Notes under the pieces: model-generated
Told to the model about the DNA's origin: nothing
What the model saw: only the letters and a program-made list of their open reading frames with translations
Databases searched by the model: none
Assembly (NCBI GenBank): GCA_964016885.1
Contig: OZ024744.1
Coordinates: forward strand, 9,610,001-9,674,000
Origin: Eledone cirrhosa
Taxonomy: Eukaryota
DNA length: 64,000 bases
Direction of reading: 5' to 3'
In this document: positions 24,701-35,400 of the stretch, in pieces
Numbering within the stretch: position 1 is the first letter of the stretch
Layout: every line of letters starts with the position of its first letter
Position numbers and translations under genes: made by a program

Positions 24701-25045
24701 GCAGCCCCGATTGGGGTGCGTAAGCTGATATTATTGTGGTAATTGTCTTATTCAGGACTAGTCTGAGTTTAATGATTCTTGCATTTACCCTGTACACTGA
24801 GATTACTTTATCTACCCACTTGTCAGCTAATAGTATACCTACACCACCCATCCCATCGTCATTTCCCACCCAGAAAAATTTGTAGCACTGGCTTTTTCCT
24901 ACAAGGACTCTAGCAGACCCTCCTCTCCATCTAGTCTCTTGCACACAGCATACATCAACTTCCTTTCGCTCTAGCATTTCTACGATTTCTCCTGCTCTTC
25001 CTTTCATTGAGCCTACATTGATGGTACCAACTCGGAGTTGGTCTT
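21701..25045 (-). mobile_element. Near-full-length RTE LINE subfamily A (APE endonuclease plus RT), inactivated
   Basis: APE motifs VGTINV, VQETRW, AYAPQ, GDFNGH; RT ORF 22004-23626 with QGSVLSP and YADD; frameshift near 24270 and TGA at 23822-23824; (CAT)n tail. Confidence 0.95.
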
Positions 25046-25218
25046 ATGTAATCAGTAACGTAATCCATGATACATTAAAAAAGACGATATTATATATAAT
25101 CTGCATTAGGAGAAAATTAGTATGTTTATTTAAGCGATGGCTAACCGGAAGTGTTGACATTTCAGAAATTTTAAAGAAGTGAATCCCGCCCTCCTTACTT
25201 TATTATAGTTTAGATGAG

Positions 25219-25677
25219 TGTAGCGCTCTCTAGACAAGGGAAGTAGCTAGAGTTACTTCCCGTCGAAATTCTAGAACCTTCTTGTAACTTCCGGTAAAAA
25301 GGATATAAATAGTGTCAACCAAAACCAATTACCCTCTTTTCACCTTTTGGCTGCCTGGCCTTCGGCCAGGCGCGTTTACGCCGAAGGTATACTCTCTCTT
25401 TGGCGCTTTCCTTCGAACTGACAACACGGAAGATGAACATGTTAATCACTTGGACTATACCTAAATATGTACGAGGATATTTGTGTACCACAATTATAAC
25501 GGAGTTACAATAAAATGAAGACTTGTATTCGATATGGTGTTTTGTAAATATATCTTATCCTTTTCTGTATAAAAAATTAGTAGTTAGATTCCGGTGATAT
25601 TTACTCAAGTAAATAATCCTGGGTCTGACAGCACACTAAAAATGGTCACCTGACGTACAGAAACACCAACCACTAAA
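25219..25677 (+). mobile_element. LTR (25219-25640) plus PBS-like motif, flanked by 112-bp direct repeats
   Basis: Starts tgtagcg; TATA-like gatataaata and aataaa inside; ends cactaaa, then aa-tggtcacctgacgt; direct repeats at 25107-25218 and 25678-25789. Confidence 0.6.
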
Positions 25678-25810
25678 TAGGAGAAAATTAGTATGTTTAT
25701 TTAAGCGATGGTTAACCGGAAGTGTTGATATTTCAGGAATTTTAAAGAAGTGAATCCCGCCCTCCTTACTTTATTATAGTTTAGATGAGTTTAAAAATTA
25801 ATAAATAAAT

Positions 25811-28065
25811 AGTCACTAACAGTGACGCCCCAGACAAGGCACCTGCTTCTCGACCAGGGGCACAGGGTAAGACCGTCAGGTCTTTTGTCGTCACTTATGG
25901 ACAACCCAGATGGTTCCAAGACTGAGGGGATATTCGCCCGGGCCAAAGCTCTCTTCAGAATGAGGTTTAGCTCCGTGTGATGCGCGAAGCGGCCGACATT
26001 CAGGCGGCAAGAAAGACCGTGGAGGCCTGTAGAGTCGAGGAGTTTGCCGTATCGGCACCTCAAACCCATGCAGACGTCGGCTCCCACTCTGAGGGCGATG
26101 GAGACACGAAGTTCGTCCAGGCTGAGTAGGCCACGGGTAGGGCATCAACCCAGTCGCCTGAGTATTTGGCGGTGGCAGATAGTAAGCGGCACCTTGCAAA
26201 CTGATCTGACTGGGCGAAGGTGGCCTTCGAACTTATGCTGTCCCAAGCTCTGACTTCGACTGTTCTCCACCTTCTCAGGAAGAGACAAGCCCAGTTCACT
26301 CCATTGCTGGAGAACTTCACCCAACTCCGTTGGAACTAGTCCATGTTGGAGAGGAGAGGATGCTTCTCACCAGGGTGGAGCAAGCGTGAATGGAGGAAAG
26401 GAAGCTAGGGAGAGAGAGGGACGAACACTTACGGAGCCCAAGACCCCCCAAATCGCTTGAGCAACGCAGCCTGATCGCGGGACTCCAGAGAGAGTCTAAC
26501 ATTGACCAGACACTCGAGTCTCTCGAAGATTAGGTCGTTGATGTGTTGGAAGCAGGACGGAAATCTGTGAGAGGGGATGACCCTGGGCAGATACAGAAGC
26601 TTAGGAATAGACAGGAAGTTCCTGAGTAAGAAGAAACCTTGATGGGGTTCGATAACTTCGATATTCCTCAGCAGCTGCTCAAGGCAAACCATCTTCGATT
26701 GGAAGGTTGACTCGAAGGCCAGGTCTGTGCTTGAGGCTCCTAAAGAGCACCAAGCCGACGGGGGAGGGACCGCGATGGAAGGGAAGGACTCTGCAACAAG
26801 TCGATCAGCTGTTGGTGTTGAGAAGCTGGGTGGTTGAGGATCCAGAGCTCACATTTGGAGCTATTGATCTGGAGACCCTGGCGGCCAAGCTCCTCCACCA
26901 TCCTGTTGGCAGTGGCGAGAACCATATCCGGAGTTCCCGCCAAACGCGTCGTCGAGGTACCACACATTGAGGTCCAACTCAGCCCCCATCTTGGTGACGT
27001 CATCAATGCCCAGTGCAAACAGAGCGGGCCCAAGTGGGTCACCCTGTTGGACTCCTGAGGCAGAGGTGATGATTTGGTCACCAAAAGAGAGGTAGGAGGG
27101 CTCCCGATAAGCCTGCCAAGCAAAGTGGTAGAGTGGTGGTAACCTCTCTCTTACTGAGTCGAGGACGATGTCGTGGCTGACGGAGTTGAAGGCATTCCTG
27201 AGGTCAAATTTGAGGATGACCTTGGGGGACGAGGAGGGCAAGTTGGCAAATGCTCTGGCAGTGTGAACAGCAGCCTCACATCCCAACCTGGTACCCACCC
27301 CCAGCTGGATGGGGGAAAATTCCTCTTCCAGTGAGTCGGAGACCAACAGCAAACGCGGCGAAGAGTGCAGCCAAACGCAATGGGGCGCAGGTCCCCGTTG
27401 GGCTTGGTGAGACCAAATAGCTGACGGTCTTACTCTGTGCCTCTGGTCGAGAGCCAGGTGCCTTGTTTGAGACGTCACTGTTAGTGACTCCTTTATTCTT
27501 TCCCACATCCTGGATGCTACGGTTAGGACGAGAGCCACAGCTTCTGCAGCCGAGAGGAGTAAGACCCTCAAATACTCTGATCTGTCGGCCAGCTACATTT
27601 TTCAGCCTGTGGCTTTCGAGACGTTTGGGGGAGTCGGGCCGCTGACTGCGAGGTTCCTTTCCTCACTGGCGGCTCGCCTAATAGAGGTGACTGGCGAATC
27701 TCGCGAGGGTGCTTGGCGCATCAGCCTTGCCTAAAAAATCATTAGAGAGTTTGCCCAGTACTCGCGACGTTGCTGTCTTTTGCTCTGGTGTTGGCTCCGT
27801 TGTTCACCCTTTCTTTTACATTTCCTTTAATATTGTAGCATTGAAGGAATATATCTTTCATTATATCATCCTTTGTAGTGTTACCAAGATGCTCTGTTTA
27901 TATTTTCATTCTGAAGGAACTTATCCACTTGTGTTGATATAAGTGATTTATAACTTTCCTGTAAGCATTGTGTCATTATATATGTTCTGAAAGAATTGCA
28001 AACGATTTGTAATGTTATTTATACAACTATGAATAAAATTAAATGTTTTTCATATCAATAAAGAG
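25811..28065. mobile_element. CRE-like RLE non-LTR retrotransposon with inverted 5' part (25811-27418 on -, 27421-28065 on +)
   Basis: QLGVG..GCEAAVH, FDLRNAFNSV, GVQQGDPLGP, WYLDD, zinc knuckle HGLSC, RH..LN-like motif, RPDG..W..DVT and FETFG; degraded by frameshifts. Confidence 0.85.
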
Positions 28066-28386
28066 TTAATAAATAAATAAAACGTTATATTTGTTACACC
28101 CTCCCATTTCCAATTAAACCGAACGCTATCATGACTGTATGTGTGTGTGTTTGTGTAAATGTATATGTGTGAATGTATGTATGTTTGTGTGAAAGTATGT
28201 GTGATGTATGTATATTTCTAGCATTTTACAAGGACCAAGTATGTGTTTTATTTGAGGAAGATCTAGTTGTTATTTCCTGCATCCTCTTGAAGACAAGGAA
28301 TAATAATGAATTAGCTGCTGTTTCTAGTAGGTTCTATGGTAGTGATGAGCATAGGAAGGAGGTTTGACTGCTATTTTTAGCAGGTT

Positions 28387-29870
28387 GTGGCATATATTAA
28401 TGACATAGATGCCAACTTAAAGAATGCCACAGTACTAAAGTACGCAGACGACATGAAGCTGTACCTTGAGATAAAAAGGACAAATCCTGAACACTATAGA
28501 TCTTCCTTGCAGTCTGACCTGGACACAATGCAACAATGGATCTCAGACTGGCAACTCAAGCTAGCTGTGGACAAGTGCACCACCATGCATTTTGGGAGTA
28601 AAAACCCAGCGTCCACATACTCCCTCCATAGCACTAATATCAAGAAGTCTTTGTAGCGGCCCCTTACGGCTGTGACTCAGTACGTATGGGAGTTGCGTCC
28701 CTTTACGACGGTCGTAACTCAGCATGTATAGGAGTTACGTCCCTTTTCGACGGGCGCGACTCCCATTGGCAGATTCATGTACTAAATGGAGTTGCGTCCC
28801 CCTAGGGACTATATATTTGAGGACAATCAAGGCATAACTCTCTCTCGAATCCTGAACTTCGAAGGAACAAGAAGAACACCTCCAAGAGAAGATTTCTGTT
28901 CTTCTCTACACACTCCAGTCTGGGAGTTGTAACCAACTGAATATCAACATGTTGTAACAATTATTTATATTAATTTATTTGACTTCTGTGAAGTAAAACC
29001 ATGTCACAACACTCACCTGCATTTATTGTCATTCTTGATAATATATATATACACTTATACTAATCTCCTAAATCTTCTTGTGAACGTGACCTGGGCATTA
29101 CGGTCAGCAGCGATTTGCGTTGGACGAAGCACTTCTCTAAAATTGTCAAGAGGGCCGAGGGTGTCTTAGCATCACTCAGCAAGACTTTTGTCAGCCGCTC
29201 CCCAGCTATCTATTTAAGACTGTACTATGGTGCGGCCACACTTAGAATTTGCATCACCAGTTTGGAACCCCTATCTTGATCAGAACATTGACAGCCTGGA
29301 AACTGTTCAGAGACGTGCAACCAAGCGAATACCCTCCATCAGGCATCTACCATACTCTGAACGCCATGCTTCCCTGGGCAAGGATGCATTGAAGCTCCGA
29401 CGCCTGGCAACTGACTTGGTAAACATCCACAAAATTATTAACCATCTCGCCAACAACAACCCTGAGTACCTTTTTGATTTCCATGTGCCTAACACACATG
29501 GACATGCCCACAAAGTCAGAAAACAGCACAGTTCCCATGACTTTCGGAAACATTTTTTCACGCTCAGAGTTGCTGAAGCATGGAACAAACTACCTGCATC
29601 AGTTGTTAGCTGTCGAGACACTGCATCCTTTAAAACCTCCATCAGTTGTTAACTGTCGAGACACTGCATCCTTTAAAACCTCCACGCTTCCCGAGATTCG
29701 CCAACACTACAGCTAATGTTCCCCCTCCATGCACATACACACATGTATACCATGAATCATACACTATTGACTTCCCTGACATTTGTGTATTATTCTATGT
29801 ACTATACATGCACCTTTGACGAGTTGTAGTGCACCTGAGCACTTTACACAATATTTTCATTATTATTATT
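28387..29870 (+). mobile_element. CR1-clade LINE, 5'-truncated, interrupted by a solo LTR
   Basis: YIND, KYADDMK, LQSDLD, ERDLG, VRPHLEFASPVWNP, FFTLRVAEAWNKLP; (ATT)n tail at ~29860-29870. Confidence 0.9.
28652..29072 (+). mobile_element. Solo LTR (421 bp), TGTAG...CTAAA, 4-bp TSD
   Basis: tctt|tgtagcgg...ctcctaaa|tctt; removing it restores the CR1 frame NIKKSSCERDL. Confidence 0.85.
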
Positions 29871-30029
29871 GCGGTTTATGTTTTACGAGAGATTTGGCTG
29901 TTATTTCTAACATATTCTAATCGTGAGAGAGAGAGAGAGATCAGATATAAATATTTGTAGATCTTGATTGTCATTCTAATACTGACGACGACATATATAT
30001 ATATATATTATATTACGTTGTAGTAGAAG

Positions 30030-30060
<31 letters not shown>

Positions 30061-30065
<5 letters not shown>

Positions 30066-30891
30066 CTTCTACTACAACGTAATATAATATCTGTATACTA
30101 AAACGGTACGCGATGGGGCCCACCCACAGCTCCGGCGGACAGAATGGAGAAAGCGTTTTCCCAGAGGATGGCAAGAGAGACGCGCTGGAAAAGCCACTCC
30201 AACTTGCAGGGCTCACACCTGCGGCTGGCCAGCTCAGCGCCTATGGTGGTGAGTAAGGAGGTAGCCCTGGGGCCGAGGACACCAGAAGTCTCCACTTCCA
30301 GGGTAACGACCGCAAACCTGTCGGAGAGAAACTGGTATTTGAGGAGTTTGGCCCCCTCAGCCCGACGTGCAGCAGGACCTGGGTCAGTCGCAGACTGCAC
30401 TAGGTTGTGGCTGCAGAAAGTGCCGGTGCAAGTAGCATCCCAGACGAGGGGTTTACCACCGCGGAACGGGAAGATGGTCATGCCATCTGGCCTTTTGCAG
30501 TCCCCTCGATCCAGCCCCACCAGCTCGAGCTGGGAAGGGAAGCCATGCCTTGCTTAATGACCCCGTTGAGGGCAGCATGTCATGGAATGTGGCCGGCACT
30601 GCGGCGACAGGAAAGCGGGTGGAGGCCGAAAGAGTCCACGGTGGAACCGCAGCGACATTGGTGTGGCTGGCAGATCCGGAGGCCAAGCCTCAGGGAAACG
30701 CCGATGCGCAGGCTATGGTTGTCTAGCTGCTTGCCAGTGGAGAGGAAGGGCAGGGCATGGAGCCAGGCACCACTGTAGGGTTTGGAGACCGCACGAAAAC
30801 AAGCAAGGCGGTGCTGGTCGAGCTGGCGCGTGAGCCTGTCTGAGGCCAGGCTGCACTGGATAGCATCCCAAGTGTGTTGGGGCGACTTGAC
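30061..30891 (-). mobile_element. CRE-like RLE retrotransposon 3' fragment (second family)
   Basis: RPDGMTIFPF..GKPLVWDATC, AEGAKLLKY, EVETSG, WLFQRVSLA; upstream zinc-knuckle remnant; 3' end abuts (TA)n. Confidence 0.85.
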
Positions 30892-31236
30892 GTTTAAACA
30901 TCTAAATCTTAAGAATATTAAAAGATTTAGATGTTTAAACTAATTTTAGTCAATTAAATTTGTTGCTTGTTTTTCTTGTATTCACTTCTTTAAAAACAAA
31001 CCTCAGTGCTGCTACCACGGTTGTTATAGCTACCTCCCACCACTCCTTTCTCTATCAATGGCAGCAGACGACCAGGAAAAATATATTTAAAATATTAAAA
31101 TATTATAAATATATCGTATAATATCCTTACAAATGACTTTATTTTATCTAACTTTGTCTTGTTCATTTCATTCTGATCTCTTAAGCCCTTCTAGATGTGT
31201 ATGACGAGAAAGAAGACGTTTTAGAATCGTATGACA

Positions 31237-31905
31237 TCTGTATATATATAAAATTAAGTATGTGTGTGTGTGTCTGTGTGTTACGTATAGGGGCCTACAT
31301 CTTACGACCGATTTTCATGAAACTTTACAGGTTCATAGATTAGTCATCGAGGAGTCTTTTCTATATATCAGCGTATCGTTTTTTTTATTCCGGGGTCATT
31401 CTGCAGATAAAGATCGATAGGGGGGGGGGGTCACCTTTTTTAGGTATCAAAAAATAAGATTTTTGGCTCTAGCTCCCACATTTTGCCTCCGATTTCGTTC
31501 AATTTTTAAAGCAAAATAGAATTTATCATTGCACATCCTGTAAAGGCTTTATATTTTGCATTTGTAGTTCAGGGACGGCGTGGCAGCCGCTTAAATATTC
31601 AAAAATACCACTTTTAGACTAAAATTTCCACTTTTTCGGCTCTAGCTCCCACATTAATCATCGGTTTTCAATCAAGTAGCGTGAGGAAATTTGGCTTACT
31701 GTTAGAGGTCATTACCTCCCTCTCCCAGCATGCCCCTTTGTCAGTCACCCCCGTTTCTCAGTGATAGAGGTCATCACCAACCTTCCCCGCATGGCCTGTG
31801 TGTAGCCATAGATGAGTCATCGAGAAGCAGTCGCTAAGATCAACACCTTTTCATCAAAGCAGATATTATTTTACCTACCCAGGCAATGCTGGGTACTGCT
31901 GCTAG
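31237..31905 (+). mobile_element. Non-autonomous Helitron
   Basis: A|TCtgtatatatataaaa 5' end with a (TG)n tract; subterminal hairpin acccag-gcaatg-ctgggt; 3' CTAG|T; sits at an AT site without TSD. Confidence 0.85.
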
Positions 31906-31998
31906 TATATATATATGGGCGTTAGTTCCGTGTAACTAAAACACAGTCGTCTGGCCTGGATCTCTCACAAAGGTATAGTCCATCCGACCCATGCATGT

Positions 31999-32143
31999 CA
32001 TCATCATCATCATCATACATCCGCTTTTCCCTGCTTGCAAGGCTGGGATGGGTCCTATTCAGCACAGCATCTCTCCAATTGTCACGGTCCTTCGTCATCT
32101 CCTCGTTGAGCTTCAGCGATCTGAGGTCTGCTCACACCACCTT
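31999..32143 (-). mobile_element. Short RTE 3' end, subfamily C
   Basis: (CAT)n tail; - strand reads ADLRSLKLNEEMTKDRDNWRDAV, running almost to the tail. Confidence 0.75.
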
Positions 32144-32465
32144 GACTGGTGACCCTGTTATTAGTGACAGCTTGTCATCTCCAAAGCTGTAATGGTGACA
32201 TGACAGAGTCTCAGAGGTGACATTAAGACAGTGACCAACAGATAAGATAGGAGACCTTGTGGCCCCTGTTATTAGTCACTGAGGGTCTCCAAAGCTGTAA
32301 TGAGGGCCCACAGTCTGAGAGGTGATAGGGTGACGTTTGCCAAGTTGTGAGAGACGACAGCTTGACACTGTGTTATATTATCACCATGTCGTCTCCAAAG
32401 GTGACACGGTGTCATGGGGACACTCAGATGTGATACTGGCCACCTATTCTTACTCTCCTTTAATG

Positions 32466-35400
32466 TAGAATGTAGTGTGGTGTACTGTACTATAGAGTGG
32501 TGTAGTGTGATGTGGTGTGGTGTAGTGTAGTGCAGTGTAGTGTGATGTGGTGTGGTGTAGTATAGTGTGGTGTGGTGCAGTGTAGTATAGTGTGGTGTGG
32601 TGCAGTGTAGTGTGGTGTGGTGTAGTGTGGTGTGGTGCAGTGTACTGTGGTGTAGTGTAGTGTAGTATAGTGTGGTGTGGTGTAGTCTAGTGTGGTGTAG
32701 TGCAGTGTGGTGTGGTGCAGTGTAGTGTGGTGTAGTATAGTGTGGTGTGGTGCAGTGTAGTGTGGTGTGGTGTAGTGTAATGTAGGGTACTTTGGTGTAG
32801 TGCAGTGTGGTGTGGTGTAGTGTGGTATGGTGCAGTGCAGTGTACTGTGGTGTGCTCTAGTGTGGTGTAGTGTAGTGTACTGTGGTGCAGTGTAGTGTGG
32901 TGTGGTGTAGTGCAATGTGGTGTGGTGTAGTGCAGTGTAGTGTGGTGTGGTGTAGTATAGTGTGGTGCAGTGTAGTGTAGTGTGGTGTGGTGTGGTCTAG
33001 TGTGGTGTGATGTAGGTAGTGTAATGTAGGGCGGTGTAGTGCAGTGTGGTCTAGTGCAGTGTGGTGTGGTGTAGTGCAGTGTAGTGTACTGTGGTTTAGT
33101 GTAGTGTGCTGTTGTGTGGTGTAGTGTAGTATAGTGTGGTGTGGTGTAGTGTGGTGTAGGTAGTGTGGTGTGGTGTAGTGTGGTGTGGTGTAGTGTGGTG
33201 CAGTGTAGTGTGGTGTGGTGCAGTGTGGTGTAGTGAAGTGTGGTGTAGTGCAGTGTGGTGAAGTGTTGTGTGGTGTGGTGTGGTGCATTGTAGTGTGGTG
33301 TAGTGTGGTGTGGTGCAGTTTAGTGCAGTGTTGTGTAGTCTAGTTTGGTGTAGTGTACTGTGGTTTAGTGTAGTGTAGTGTGGTGTGGTGTAGTGTAGTA
33401 TAGTGTGTTGTAGTACAGTGTGGTGTAGTTTGGTGTAGTGCAGTGTGGTGTGGTGTGGTGTAGTGGTGTGCGGTGTGGTGGTGTGGTCTAGTGTGGTGTA
33501 GTGTGGTGTGGTGTAGTGTAGTGTAGTGTGGTGTCGTGTAGTGTTGTGTGGTGTGGTGTAGTATAGTGTGGTGTGGTGTAGTATAGTGTGGTGTGGTGTA
33601 GTGCAGTGTGGTGTGGTGTAGTGTAGTGTGGTGTGGTCTAGTGTGTTGTAGTGTTGTGTGGTGTGGTGTGGTCTAGTGTGGTGTAGTGTAGTGTGGTGTT
33701 GTGTAGTATAGTGTGGTGTGGTGTGGTGTAGTGCAGTGTGGTGTGGTGTAGTGTGGTGTGGTGTAGTGTAGTGTGGTGTGGTCTAGTGTGTTGTAGTGTT
33801 GTGTGGTGTGGTGTGGTGTAGTATGGTGTAGTGTGGTGTAGTGCAGTGTAGTGTGGTGGTGTGGTGTAGTGTAGTGTGGTGTGGTGTGGTGTAGTGCAGT
33901 GTGGTGTGGTGTGGTCTAGTGTGTTGTAGTGTGGTGTGGTGCAGTGTAGTGTGGTGTAGTGTGGTGCGGTGTAGTGTGGTGTGGTGTAGTGTAGTATAGT
34001 GTGGTGTAGTGTGGTGTGGTGCAGCGTAGTGTAGTGTGGTATGGTGTAGGTAGTGTGGTGTGGTGTAGTGTAATGTAGGGTACTGTGGTGTAGTGCAGTG
34101 TGGTGTGGTGTAGTGTGGTATAGTGCAGTGTGGTGTGGTCTAGTATGTAGTGTGGTGTGGTGTGGTGTAGTGAGGTGCAGTGTGGTGTTGTGTAGTGTGG
34201 TGTAGTGCAGTGTACTGTATTGTGGTGTAGTGTAGTGTGGTGTGGTCTAGTATGGTGTAGTGTTGTGTGGTGTAGTGCAGTGTCGTGTAGTGTAGTGTCG
34301 TGTAGTGCAGTGTGGTGTAGTGTAGTGTGGTGTGCTGCAGTGTAGTGTAGTGTGGTGCAGTGTAGTGTGGTGTGGTATAGTGTAGTGTGGTGTAGTGAAG
34401 TGTAGTGTGGTGTAGTGTAGTGTGGTGTGGTGTAGTACAGTGTAGTGTAGCGTGGTGCAGTGTAGTGTAGTGTCGTGTGGTGTAGTCCAGTGTAGTGTGG
34501 TGTTGTGTAGTTTAGTATAGTGCAGTGTCGTGTGGTGGTGTAGTGAAGTGTGGTGTAGTGTAGTGTGATGTGGTCTAGTGTGGTGTAGTGTAGGGTTGTG
34601 TGGTGTGGTGTAGTGTAGTGTGGTGTGGTGTAGTATAGTGTGGTGTAGTGTAGGGTAGTGTGGTGTAGTGTGGTGTGGTGTAGTATAGTGTGGTGTAGTG
34701 TAGGGTAGTGTGGTGTAGTGTGGTGTGGTGTAGTATAGTGTGGTGTAGTGCAATGTAGTGTGGTGAAATGTGGTGTGGTGTAGTGTAGTATAGTGTGGTG
34801 TAGTGTGGTGTAGTGCAGTGTGGTGTAGTGTAGTATAGTGTGGTGCAGTGTAGTGTGGTGTGGTGTAGTGTGGTGTGGTGTAATGTGGTGTGGTGTAGTG
34901 TGGTGAGGTGTAGTGTGGTGTGGTGTAGTATGATGTAGTGTAGTGTGGTGCAGTGTAGTGTGCTGTAGTGTGGTGTAATGTAGGGTAGTGTGGTGTAGTG
35001 CAGTGTGGTGTAGTGTGGTGCAGTGCAGTGTAGTGTGGTGTGGTGTAGTGCAATGTAGTGTAGTATAGTGTAGTGCAGTGTGGTGTAGTGAGGTGTCGTG
35101 TAGTGTAGTGCAGTGTGGTACAGTGTAGTGTGGTGTGGAGTGGTGTAGTGTGGTGCAGTGCAGTGTAGTGTACTGTGGTGTTGTGTGGTGTGGTGTAGTG
35201 TAGTGCGGTGTGGTGTAGTGTAGTATAGTGTGGTGTGGTGCAGTGTAGTGTGGTGTGGTCTAGTGTGGTGTAGTGTAATGTGGTGTGGTGTAGTGTGATG
35301 TGGTGTGGTGTAGTGTAGTATAGTGTGGTGTAGTGCGGTGTGGTGTAGTGTGGTGTGGTGTGGTGTAGTGCAGTGTGGTTTAGTGCAGTGTGGTTTAGTG

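Noticed and set aside
21583-25105. Possible LTR (tgtagtg...ctgca) hosting the long RTE
   Set aside because: No matching TSD (gacg versus ttag) and boundaries unsupported.
32150-32460. gtgaca/tgtcac-rich segment before the satellite as a structured ncRNA
   Set aside because: Only short scattered repeats and one ~35-bp duplication; no consistent fold or family signature visible.
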